A DNA stretch of 58,241 nt from positions 1 to 58,241 of the forward strand of contig DATBSD010000091.1 of NCBI GenBank assembly GCA_036559965.1, written 5' to 3'. The translations under genes and the position numbers were made by a program. The notes below the pieces were generated by a model. It was not told the DNA's origin and did no database searches. It was given only the letters and a program-made list of their open reading frames with translations. Within the stretch, counting starts at the first letter, position 1, and each line of letters starts with the position of its first letter. Source of the DNA: Candidatus Limnocylindrales bacterium. GTDB lineage: Bacteria > Chloroflexota > Limnocylindria > Limnocylindrales > CSP1-4. Of this stretch, positions 39,328 to 47,599 are shown one piece after another.

Positions 39328-41592
39328 TCAGGGCTTCGGCTTCTTGGTCGGCTTCGGCGTCTTGGTCGGCTCGGGGCTGACCGAAGGCGATGCGTCCGGC
39401 GACGGGGACGCGGCGACCTCGGTAGCATCGGTCAACGGGCTGGCCAGCAGGCGCCCGGCGTCGGCCCAGACGAGGACCTTGGGCTGGCCAGCCTCGGCGC
39501 CCTCGACCACGAACATACCGCGCAGATCGTCGAGCGGCTCGCCGCCTTCGATGCCCACGAACTGCTCGAGGTAGTCACCGCTCGACTTCTCCATGGCCAG
39601 GATGCGGTCGTGCTCGCCGTCCCAGAGCCAGGTTCGGCCCTCGCGCCGGAAGGGGTCGATGGCGAAGAGTCGGTAGTCGTGGCCGGGTCGGACGTCGCCG
39701 TCGTCGGGTGGCAGCTCGAGCTCGTAATCATCCGCCCGACCGCTCTGGTACCGCGTCACGCCATCCCGCGTCAGGGCGTACGCGTCACCGTCGATGAGCA
39801 GGCCGCGGAACGCCGCCACGTCGCTCGGCGTGGCCAGATACTCCGCCGGGTCGCCCGGGTAGCCGCTGCCGTCGGCGGTCGGCGGATAGCGCAGGATCTG
39901 CTTCGAGCTGGGATCGACGACGTAGAAGAAGTAGAGGCCGGAGTCGGCGTTCCGGGCATAGGTCGCCGTGTCCCTGATGTCATCGCCCAGCGCCGTGTCG
40001 CCGCCGAGGCGCAGCTTGGCCAGCGTGCCACGGCCCTTGGCGTCGGACGGTCGCCAGCGCCAGAGCGTCCCGGCACGGTCGAGGATGAGCAGGTCGGGCC
40101 CGCCGAGCGTCATGAGCCATGGCTCGCCGATGCCCTTGCCCGGCCCGTCGCCGGCCTTGACCACGGCCGACGCGCTCTGCTTGGCGAGGTCGATGCGGAT
40201 GATCGACTTCGTGCTCGCGTCGATGACATAGGCGGCGCCATCGGGTCCGCGCGCGACGTCGATGATGTCCGCCTCCGGCGACAGCTCTGCAGTCAGATCG
40301 AACACGACCGAGCTGGCGACCGGCTTGACGAGGTTGATCCGATCGAGGCCATCGGAGACCTCGCTGCGAAGCGGTCGCAGGACCGCCGCCGAGACACCCA
40401 GCCCATCCGCCTTCTCGAGCTCCGCCCACGCCTCGCGCAGCAGGCGCTGCGCCTTGACCACATCGCCGGCGATGAGATCGCCCTCGCCGAAGACCTGATC
40501 GATGCGTTCCTGAGCCAGCGCGAGCGCCTGGTCGCCGGCGTTGACATCGCTGATCTGGTCGTCCCGGCCGGGCAGCGCCCCGCCGACCAGCCAGAGCCCC
40601 ACTCCGAGGGCGACGACCACGCCCAGGAAGGCGAGCGCCGCGAAGCCGGCCCGGCGCTGCGAATCACGTTTCGAGGCGAGCGGCGTGACGCGCCGATAGC
40701 GCGACCGGCGGCGGGGCATGAACCCGATGAGGCGATCGATGATCGAGGCTCCGGCGAGCCCGATCCCGAGGCGCAGGTCGTTGGCCCGCTGGCCGACCGC
40801 CCCAGCGGCGCCGGCGATGGGATCGGCGAGCGGGATGGGCGATCGATCGGGGGCGCCGGCCAGCGGCTCGGCCGGCCGCACCGGCACCAGCTTGTGCTCG
40901 GCGCGCGTGGCCGGGACCTCGGACGCCTCGAGCGCCAGGATGGCGTCCGAGCCGCTGCCCTTGGCAGCCACGAAGAGGTGATGGAGGTGCTCCACGGCGG
41001 ACTGCGGATGAAGCGTCACGAGGGCGTCCTTGAACTCCTCCGTGCCGACCATCCGGGTCACGTTGCCCGACACCAGGAGCAGCGAATCGCCGACGGCGAT
41101 CTCACCCCGCCAGACATCGACGTGCAGCTCGTCGACGGTCGGCAGCCCCTCGCCGCGATCGTCTTCCGGGAGCGTCAACAGGCGAGCCTGGCGGACGAGA
41201 TAGGCGTCGGCATCGCCGATGGTCGCCACGTAGAGCTCGTGGCCGCGCACGACGGCCACGCAGGCCCCGATGGCGCCGGCAGCCAGGCCGTGGCTCTCGC
41301 GTGCCTGGCGAAGCAGCTGGTTGGCCGCCCGGACCGACTTCTCGAGGCAGATCGGGATGCCCGCGGACTCGTCGTAGTAGTAGCGGTCACGGACGGCGTC
41401 GGCCACCAGCCGGGCGGCCTCGGCCGGCTTGCCACCGCTCCGCGGGCGGACGGTCACGACGCCGTAGAGGTTGCCCTTCGAGCGGCTCGTCGAGCCGATG
41501 GTCGGCTCGTGGTGGATGACCTGATCGGGAGACGTCGACAGGCGGTCGGCTCCGGGCACGAGGCCGATCTTGAGGTGCAGTCGGACGGCCAT
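39328..41592 (-). CDS. membrane protein with a cytoplasmic PP2C/PPM-like (possibly degenerate) domain, one TM helix and a large extracytoplasmic repeat (beta-propeller-like) domain with a PT-rich tail
   Basis: PPM-like segments ACVAVVRGHELYVATIGDADAYLVRQARLLTL, VGDSLLLVSGNV and GSGSDAILAL are present; the canonical DG.GG segment reads VRPRSGG. TM helix: AALAFLGVVVALGVGLWLVGG. The C-terminal tail is SPSPDASPSVSPEPTKTPKPTKKPKP. Confidence 0.6.
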   Translation of the reverse strand: MAVRLHLKIGLVPGADRLSTSPDQVIHHEPTIGSTSRSKGNLYGVVTVRPRSGGKPAEAARLVADAVRDRYYYDESAGIPICLEKSVRAANQLLRQARESHGLAAGAIGACVAVVRGHELYVATIGDADAYLVRQARLLTLPEDDRGEGLPTVDELHVDVWRGEIAVGDSLLLVSGNVTRMVGTEEFKDALVTLHPQSAVEHLHHLFVAAKGSGSDAILALEASEVPATRAEHKLVPVRPAEPLAGAPDRSPIPLADPIAGAAGAVGQRANDLRLGIGLAGASIIDRLIGFMPRRRSRYRRVTPLASKRDSQRRAGFAALAFLGVVVALGVGLWLVGGALPGRDDQISDVNAGDQALALAQERIDQVFGEGDLIAGDVVKAQRLLREAWAELEKADGLGVSAAVLRPLRSEVSDGLDRINLVKPVASSVVFDLTAELSPEADIIDVARGPDGAAYVIDASTKSIIRIDLAKQSASAVVKAGDGPGKGIGEPWLMTLGGPDLLILDRAGTLWRWRPSDAKGRGTLAKLRLGGDTALGDDIRDTATYARNADSGLYFFYVVDPSSKQILRYPPTADGSGYPGDPAEYLATPSDVAAFRGLLIDGDAYALTRDGVTRYQSGRADDYELELPPDDGDVRPGHDYRLFAIDPFRREGRTWLWDGEHDRILAMEKSSGDYLEQFVGIEGGEPLDDLRGMFVVEGAEAGQPKVLVWADAGRLLASPLTDATEVAASPSPDASPSVSPEPTKTPKPTKKPKP

Positions 41593-41604
41593 GGGTCGCC
41601 TAGT

Positions 41605-41958
41605 CTACGTCGGTGGGGGTGGTCGGTCGCCCGTCGCCGGGCGGTCCCGCTGCACGACGACCCGGATGCCCGTGATGTTGCGCGCCGCCGGGGTCCGGAC
41701 GAGCGCCTCGAGCAGCTCCGTGGCGCGAAGCCGGAGCTCCTGGGCGACGGCTGGGTCGGCCGTCCCGACGACGACCCCGCGCTCCTCGACACTCACGAGA
41801 TGACTTCCCCCGGCCGCCGCCGGGACGTGCTCCGCGACCGTCCGCTCCCAGGCAGCCGCCAGGCGCGCCCGCTGGAGATCGGCCTCGATGCCCAGCTCGG
41901 CGGCGGCCTCCGGCAGCAGCTCGCTCAGGCGACGCATCGGGCGGCGCCGTTCGACCAT
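41605..41958 (-). CDS. dciA: DUF721 protein (DciA-type putative replicative-helicase operator)
   Basis: 117 aa, immediately downstream of recF. The sequence L.AAWERTVAEHV......LVSVEERGVVVGTADPAVAQELRLRATELLEAL is typical of DUF721. Confidence 0.7.
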   Translation of the reverse strand: MVERRRPMRRLSELLPEAAAELGIEADLQRARLAAAWERTVAEHVPAAAGGSHLVSVEERGVVVGTADPAVAQELRLRATELLEALVRTPAARNITGIRVVVQRDRPATGDRPPPPT

Positions 41959-41967
41959 CGTGTCTCC

Positions 41968-43116
41968 TCAGGCGCCCACGCGAGCCGCGCCCGGCCGCAC
42001 GGCATTCTCGCGCACATGCCACGTCGACGACGCCGCGACGAGCGCCGGGTCGAGGTCGTCGAGGGCGGTCGTGGTGACGATGGCCTGGGGCAGGTCCAGG
42101 ATGCGTCGCACGAGGTGCGCCCGACGGTCGGGGTCGAGCTCGCTGAAGACGTCGTCGAGGAGGAGCAGCGGCCGCTCGTCGGTCGTCGGATCGGCCAGCA
42201 GGTCCAGCTCCGCCAGCTTGAGCGAGAGGATGGCCGTGCGCTGCTGCCCGCGCGAGGCGAACGTGGTCATGTCGCGGCCGTCGAGCTCGAAGGTGACGTC
42301 GTCGCGGTGAGGGCCGACGAGGGTGGCGCCGTTCCAGACCTCGCGCTCGGCGGTCTCCGCCAGCCGCCGTGCGATGGCCTCGGCCGGCGACTCGGCAGCG
42401 AGCGCCGGGGCGTTGGTCAGGTAGCGCAGCTCGAGGACCGGCTCGCTGGGGGCGATCTGGCGATGCGCGTCGGCGACCAGCGGTCGGAGTCGCTCGAGCA
42501 GCTCGAGGCGCCCGGCGACGATGGCGCCGCCCTCGGCGGTGACGATGCCATCCCAGTAGGGCAGCTGATCGCGGTCGGCCTCGCCCTCGCGGATCCGGCG
42601 CAGCAGGCTGTTGCGCTGCTGGAGCGCCCGCCCGTAGGTCGAGAGCGCCCGCCCGTAGGCCGGCGAGCCGGCGCTCGCCATGGCGTCGATGGCGCCCCGC
42701 CTGAGCGACGGCGGCCCGACCACGAGCAGCATCTCCTCTGGCGCGAAGAGCACCACGCGGAGGGCCTCGGCAAGCCCGGAGGCTCGGCGCGGCACGCCGT
42801 CGACACGGAGCCGCTTGCGGGCGCCCGCGCCCAGCGGCCCGCTGCGCTCGAGCGCGACGTCGACGTGGTCGGTGCCGCGGGCGCCGCCATGATCGATGGC
42901 CGCCTCGACCCTGGCCACGGTGTCGCCCCAACGCACGAGCTCGGCGTCGCTCGAGGTGCGATGCGAGGAACCGCGCGCGAGCAGGACGATGGCCTCGACG
43001 AGGTTCGTCTTGCCGGCGGCGTTGTCCCCGACGACGATCTGGGGGCCGGGCCCGAGCCGCAGCTCGAGTGCCTCGTACGAGCGGAAGGACGTCAGCGAGA
43101 GCTGCTCGACGCGCAC
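41968..43116 (-). CDS. recF: DNA replication and repair protein RecF
   Basis: N-terminus LSLTSFRSYEALELRLGPGPQIVVGDNAAGKTNLVEAI (Walker A). Signature-like SRGQQRT. Walker B LLLLDDVFSELD. Confidence 0.92.
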   Translation of the reverse strand: MRVEQLSLTSFRSYEALELRLGPGPQIVVGDNAAGKTNLVEAIVLLARGSSHRTSSDAELVRWGDTVARVEAAIDHGGARGTDHVDVALERSGPLGAGARKRLRVDGVPRRASGLAEALRVVLFAPEEMLLVVGPPSLRRGAIDAMASAGSPAYGRALSTYGRALQQRNSLLRRIREGEADRDQLPYWDGIVTAEGGAIVAGRLELLERLRPLVADAHRQIAPSEPVLELRYLTNAPALAAESPAEAIARRLAETAEREVWNGATLVGPHRDDVTFELDGRDMTTFASRGQQRTAILSLKLAELDLLADPTTDERPLLLLDDVFSELDPDRRAHLVRRILDLPQAIVTTTALDDLDPALVAASSTWHVRENAVRPGAARVGA

Positions 43117-43141
43117 GTGCCGGGTCGGCCGCGGCAGCCGC

Positions 43142-44254
43142 TCAGGACGGCGTTCGGACCGGCATGATGACGTGCACGTAGTCGTCGTCGCCGACCGGCT
43201 TGAGCACGCCAGGCGACAGCGGGCCCTGGAATTCGAGAGCGAGCTGGGTCGTCCCGAGGTTCGCCAGCGCCTCCTGGAGATAGCGTGCGTTGAATGCCAC
43301 GGTCAATGCCTCGCCCTCGGTCTGGGCGTCGACGTGACCCTCCGTCTCGCCGACGTCGGCAGCTGCGGCCACGGTGATGCCGGACTCGGGCTCGATGCGC
43401 AGGCGGACGACGTTGGCCGACGAGCTGGCGATGAGCGCGGACAGCCGGACGGCCTTGAGCAGCTCCTCGCGATCGGTCACGGCGCGCGTCGTGTGGGCCG
43501 TCGGCAGGACCTGGTTGTAGTTCGGGAATTGGCCGTCGATGAGCCGACTGACAAGGTCGATGCCCTCGAGGTGGAAGACGATCTGATTCTTCGACTGCGC
43601 GAGCACGACATCGATCGCGTCGTCGGTGTCGCTGAGCACGCGCTCGACCTCGTGGTACGACCGTGCGGGCACGACGATGGCCGTCTCCTCGACCGGCGCC
43701 AGGGTCGTCAGCGTCTTGACCGCGATGCGGTAGTTGTCGGCCGCCGCGAGCGTCAGGCGGTCGCCCTCGAAGCGAGTCAGGACGCCGGTCAGGATGGGCC
43801 GCGCCTCATCGGAAGCGGCTGCGAAGACGACCTCCGAGAGGGCCTGCTTGAGGACCCGCTGGCTGATGCGCGTCGTCGGCCGCTCGCCGGCCGATGGGAT
43901 GACCGGGAACTCGTCAGCATCGATGCCGCGCAGCTGAGCTCGCTGGCGGCCGCACTGGATGTTCAGCGTCGCCGCCCCATCGGCCTCGAGGTCGACGCGC
44001 TCGCCCGGTGGCAGCGAGTTGACGACGTCGGTGATGAGCCGTGCCGGGACGGTCAGGCTGCCATCGTTCTCGATCTTGCCCGGCACCCAGTAGGAGATGC
44101 CGATCTCGAGGTTGGTGGCCGTCAGCCTCAGGCCCGCATCCTCCGTCCGGAGCAGGACGTTGGCCAGCACCGGCAGGGTGCTGCGCGAGCTCACCGCTCG
44201 GCTGACGACCTGGAGGCCGCGGGCCAGGTTCTCCTGCATCACGGATAGCTTCAC
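43142..44254 (-). CDS. dnaN: DNA polymerase III beta sliding clamp
   Basis: The product is 370 aa. The N-terminus is MKLSVMQENLARGLQVVSRAVSSRSTLPVLANVLL, and the C-terminus ends in the typical ...VIMPVR. Confidence 0.92.
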   Translation of the reverse strand: MKLSVMQENLARGLQVVSRAVSSRSTLPVLANVLLRTEDAGLRLTATNLEIGISYWVPGKIENDGSLTVPARLITDVVNSLPPGERVDLEADGAATLNIQCGRQRAQLRGIDADEFPVIPSAGERPTTRISQRVLKQALSEVVFAAASDEARPILTGVLTRFEGDRLTLAAADNYRIAVKTLTTLAPVEETAIVVPARSYHEVERVLSDTDDAIDVVLAQSKNQIVFHLEGIDLVSRLIDGQFPNYNQVLPTAHTTRAVTDREELLKAVRLSALIASSSANVVRLRIEPESGITVAAAADVGETEGHVDAQTEGEALTVAFNARYLQEALANLGTTQLALEFQGPLSPGVLKPVGDDDYVHVIMPVRTPS

Positions 44255-44609
44255 GGTCGATCATCTCCCTCGGGTGGCGGTGGGCACGACGCGGACCCGG
44301 GCGCCTGGTCCACGACCGGACGCATGGGTAGGGGTGTTCTTCGTTCCTATCTTCTCACTCCATCGTCATCATCATCAGTGTGTGGACGCTGGGGACGACC
44401 ACGCTCGGCCACGCACGGTCGGTCGGTGGACGACCGGGCCATCGGCCGTCCGTATCGACCGACCGATGGTGGACGAACGAGCCTCGGCCGGGGACGTCTC
44501 GTGGATGACTCCCGACAGCGCAGATGGGCCGTCCCCGACGTCGTCCCCGGTGAGACGCCCGAGAAGGTGCGCTTGCCCACCGCTGGGACGAGGCTGTCCA
44601 CAGCCCGTC
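44255..44609. other. candidate oriC: DnaA-box cluster plus a relatively AT-rich stretch in the dnaA-dnaN spacer
   Basis: Six 9-mers match TTGTCCACA/TTATCCACA or its complement at 7-8 of 9 positions. They are TGGTCCACG (44306), TGTGGACGC (44381), GGTGGACGA (44425 and 44468, identical), CGTGGATGA (44500) and CTGTCCACA (44594). An AT-richer segment lies at 44331-44380 (TTCTTCGTTCCTATCTTCTCACTCCATCGTCATCATCATCA). Confidence 0.6.
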
Positions 44610-45950
44610 TCAGTCGGCGTAGATGAGCTCCCGGACGGCAGCGATGTCGCGCCGCAGGTCCTCGTTCTCCTGGCTCGCCCGGTCGATCTTGTCGCAAGCA
44701 TGGAGCACGGTCGAGTGGTCCCGGCCCCCAAGCTCGGCGCCGATGCGCAGGAGCGAGACGTCCGTCTCGTTGCGCATCAGGTACATCGCCACCTGGCGAG
44801 GCAGGACGATGGCCTTGTCGCGCTTCTGGCCGCGCAGCGTATCGAGGTCGACGCCATAGAACTCGGACACGGCGAGGGCGATGCGCTCGGTCGTCACGCT
44901 CCGACGCTTGGGGTTGTAGAGCACGTTCGAGAGCACCGCCTGCGCGAGGTCGATGGTGATGGGCATGGCGCCCATGCTCGCGTAGGCGACGATGCGGTTG
45001 AGGGCGCCCTCGAGCTCGCGGATGTTGCTGACGACCTTGCGCGCGATGAACTCGAGCACGTCCTGGCCGATGGGCACGCCGTTCTCCTCGGCCTTGGCGC
45101 GCAGGATGGCGATGCGGGTCTCGAGGTCGGGCGCCGTGAGGTCGGCGATGAGGCCCCACTCGAAGCGGCTGCGAAGCCGTTCCTCGAGGGTCAGGATGGC
45201 CTTCGGTGGCCGGTCAGACGAGAGCACGATCTGCTTGCCATCCTCGTGGATGGCATTGAAGGTGTGGAAGAACTCCTCCTGCGTGCGCTCCTTGTCGGCG
45301 ATGAACTGGATGTCGTCGATGAGCAGCAGGTCGATCTTCCGGTAGCGGGCTCGGAAGTCGTCGATGCGGCCCTGCTGGATGCTGGTGATGAACTCGTTGG
45401 TGAACTTCTCACTCGTGGCATAGACGACGCGCTTGCGAGGGAAGCGGGCGATGACCTGGTTGCCGATGGCGTGCATCAGGTGGGTCTTGCCAAGGCCGAC
45501 CCCGCCGTACAGGAAGAGCGGGTTGTAGGCGTGCCCCGGCCGCTCGGCGACCGACAGGCTGGCGGCGTGGGCGAGCCGGTTGGCAGAGCCGACGATGAAG
45601 GTCGAGAAGGTGTAGCGCTGGCTGAGACTGGCCGCCGCCCCCTCGCCGCCGACCCGACCGGGCTCGAGCCTGACGGGCTCGGCCACCTCGTCGGCTTCGG
45701 GCGCCATCTCGCGGACCTCGAAGGCGAGCTGCACGTTGTAGCCCACGACTCGCGCCAGCGTCTGACTGATGAGCGATCGGTAGCGGGTCTCGAGCCAGTC
45801 CTTGGCGAAGCCGTTGGGCACCGCGATGGTGAACGTCGTGTCGGTGACGTCGACGAGCGCGGTGTCCTTCAACCACGTCTCGAAGTTCGCCTGAGAGAGG
45901 GAGACCTGGAGCTCTCCCAGCGCGGCGCGCCAGACCTGCTTCGCGTCCAT
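44610..45950 (-). CDS. dnaA: chromosomal replication initiator protein DnaA
   Basis: Internal ATG 45950 of track ORF 44610..46325. N-terminus MDAKQVWRAALGELQ. AAA+ motifs YNPLFLYGGVGLGKTHLMHAIG and LLLIDDIQF. Domain IV: VLPRQVAMYLMR and LGGRDHSTVLHA. Confidence 0.93.
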   Translation of the reverse strand: MDAKQVWRAALGELQVSLSQANFETWLKDTALVDVTDTTFTIAVPNGFAKDWLETRYRSLISQTLARVVGYNVQLAFEVREMAPEADEVAEPVRLEPGRVGGEGAAASLSQRYTFSTFIVGSANRLAHAASLSVAERPGHAYNPLFLYGGVGLGKTHLMHAIGNQVIARFPRKRVVYATSEKFTNEFITSIQQGRIDDFRARYRKIDLLLIDDIQFIADKERTQEEFFHTFNAIHEDGKQIVLSSDRPPKAILTLEERLRSRFEWGLIADLTAPDLETRIAILRAKAEENGVPIGQDVLEFIARKVVSNIRELEGALNRIVAYASMGAMPITIDLAQAVLSNVLYNPKRRSVTTERIALAVSEFYGVDLDTLRGQKRDKAIVLPRQVAMYLMRNETDVSLLRIGAELGGRDHSTVLHACDKIDRASQENEDLRRDIAAVRELIYAD

Positions 45951-46164
45951 CGATGGCACGACCTGTGTTCGGGGCCCAAGACGATAGATCGGCCATCCGG
46001 GCCCATATGGGCGGCGTCGGATGGCGTTGTCGACACCGGTCGACGAGCGGTCGTCGCGCTGCTCCTCCCGCATCCTGCCGGGTCGTCGGTGGCCGATCGC
46101 CACCTGCGTCCCGGCGCCGGAGGCCTGGGAAGCGTAGCACCGCGGTTGGGGCCTCGCAACGTGA

Positions 46165-46199
46165 ATCCGGCATACTCCCCGGGAGTATCCGTTCCGGAT
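46165..46199. promoter_or_regulatory. nested palindrome upstream of dnaA (ATCCGG..ATACTCCC-C-GGGAGTAT..CCGGAT)
   Basis: Perfect 8-1-8 palindrome at 46172-46188, flanked by ATCCGG (46165-46170) and CCGGAT (46194-46199). Lies about 220 nt upstream of the dnaA start. Confidence 0.4.
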
Positions 46200-46293
46200 C
46201 GCCCATCGGTCCGGGACGGCGGATGATGCCACGTCTCGCGGGCGCCTGCTGGCCGCTCGCGTCGGCGGTCCACCGGCCGGCTGGCGAGCACCT

Positions 46294-46668
46294 TCAGCCG
46301 ACAGGATCGCCCGGCATGGCGCCATCGTCGACGCCCAGGAGCGGGATGCGGCCGTCGGCCGGCAGGGCGCCCAGGACGAGCACCTCGGAGGCGAAGCCGG
46401 CGATGCGGCGAGGCGCGAAGTTGACGACGCAGACGACGAGACGGCCGATCAGCGACGCGGGCTCCGGATAGGTGCCCGGCAGCTGCGCCGACGATCGCCG
46501 CCGGCCGCCCGGGCCGAGGTCGACGACGAGCTTGTAGGCGGGCTTCCTGGCCTCGGGCAACGGCTCCGCGGCGACGATCCGTCCGATCCGCACGTCCAGC
46601 CGGCGCCAGTCGTCGATGCTGGCACTGCCGGGTGGCTGGAAGGACTCGCCGTCGCTGGCTGCGGTCAT
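46294..46668 (-). CDS. tRNA-binding (OB-fold, CsaA/EMAP-II-like) domain protein
   Basis: DVRIGRIVAAEPLPEARKPAYKLVVDLGP...SAQL......LIGRLVVCVVNFAPRRIAGF.SEVLVLG. Confidence 0.75.
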   Translation of the reverse strand: MTAASDGESFQPPGSASIDDWRRLDVRIGRIVAAEPLPEARKPAYKLVVDLGPGGRRRSSAQLPGTYPEPASLIGRLVVCVVNFAPRRIAGFASEVLVLGALPADGRIPLLGVDDGAMPGDPVG

Positions 46669-46691
46669 GGTCGTTCCTTCGTGGAGCGGGT

Positions 46692-46721
46692 TTGACGGGT
46701 CATCGGGGCCCGGCCTATCAT
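46692..46721 (+). promoter_or_regulatory. sigma-70-like promoter (TTGACG, 18-nt spacer, TATCAT) upstream of rpmH
   Basis: TTGACG at 46692-46697 and TATCAT at 46716-46721. This implies a leader of roughly 125 nt before rpmH. Confidence 0.4.
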
Positions 46722-46854
46722 CCCCCGGTTCGACTGGCGTGCCAGGTCGTTTCGTGCTGCGAGACGAACGGGTGCGCTTTCCTACGGGGCAGGCCGTCCG
46801 CCGCCGGACCGCTGACGCTCCTCATCGACCCGGCCAAGGAGCCATCCCCGCGCG

Positions 46855-46989
46855 ATGAAGCAGACCTATCAGCCCAAGAAGCGACACCGCGCGAAGGAGC
46901 ACGGCTTTCGGGCCCGCATGAAGTCCAAGGGTGGTCGTCGGGTGCTGGCCGCCCGACGTGCCAGAGGCCGTCATCGGCTGACCGTCTGA
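46855..46989 (+). CDS. rpmH: 50S ribosomal protein L34
   Basis: Found by manual translation because it is below the track size cutoff: [50 protein letters not shown] lies upstream at 46836-46841. Confidence 0.93.
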   Translation: MKQTYQPKKRHRAKEHGFRARMKSKGGRRVLAARRARGRHRLTV

Positions 46990-47014
46990 CGACGGCTGTC
47001 ATCGATCGACGGGC

Positions 47015-47371
47015 GTGACACGGACGCCCGAGATGCTCCGATCCGCGAGGGACTTCGCGGCCGTCGGGCGATCGGAGGTCGTCCGCTCGGACGCTCGCCT
47101 GAGCGCCCGGTTCGCCCGCACCGAGCGCGACGGCATCAGGTTCGGCATCTCGACCAGCCGCCGACTCGGTGGCGCGGTCGTCCGCAATCGGATCAGGCGG
47201 CGGATCCGCGAGAGCCTCAGGGCGTTGGCGCCGCGCTTGGAGCCCGGCTACGACATCCTGCTGGTCGCTCGACCGGCCAGCGCCACCGCCAGCCAGGCGG
47301 AGCTGGCAGCGACACTCGAGCGACTGCTCAGCAGGGGCGGGGCGCTTCACAAGGAGAGGACCGAGGGGTGA
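47015..47371 (+). CDS. rnpA: ribonuclease P protein component
   Basis: Follows rpmH. Motifs: [27 protein letters not shown] and YDILLVARP. Confidence 0.88.
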   Translation: MTRTPEMLRSARDFAAVGRSEVVRSDARLSARFARTERDGIRFGISTSRRLGGAVVRNRIRRRIRESLRALAPRLEPGYDILLVARPASATASQAELAATLERLLSRGGALHKERTEG

Positions 47372-47574
47372 AAAGACTCGGCATCGGCGCCATCCACGTC
47401 TATCGGATCGTGTTCGCCTGGTTGCCGTCATCCTGCCGCTACGAGCCGACCTGCTCGCGCTACACGGAGCAGGCCATCGAGCGCTACGGCCTGCTGCGCG
47501 GCAGCTGGCTGGGCGCCCGCCGCATCGCTCGCTGCCACCCCTGGGCGGCCGGCGGCTACGACCCGGTCCGTTGA
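47368..47574 (+). CDS. yidD: membrane protein insertion efficiency factor YidD
   Basis: The start is a GTGA overlap with rnpA. Motifs: [20 protein letters not shown]...[14 protein letters not shown]. Confidence 0.9.
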   Translation: MKRLGIGAIHVYRIVFAWLPSSCRYEPTCSRYTEQAIERYGLLRGSWLGARRIARCHPWAAGGYDPVR

Positions 47575-47599
47575 CGATCGAGCAGCACGGCCAGCCAAC

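Noticed and set aside
39214-43167. 1317-aa plus-strand ORF spanning 4 kb.
   Set aside because: It is an antisense shadow of the recF, DUF721 and PP2C-like genes, all of which have clear family motifs. Its translation is Arg/Gly/Ala/Asp-rich low-complexity sequence, typical of off-strand ORFs in roughly 70% GC DNA.
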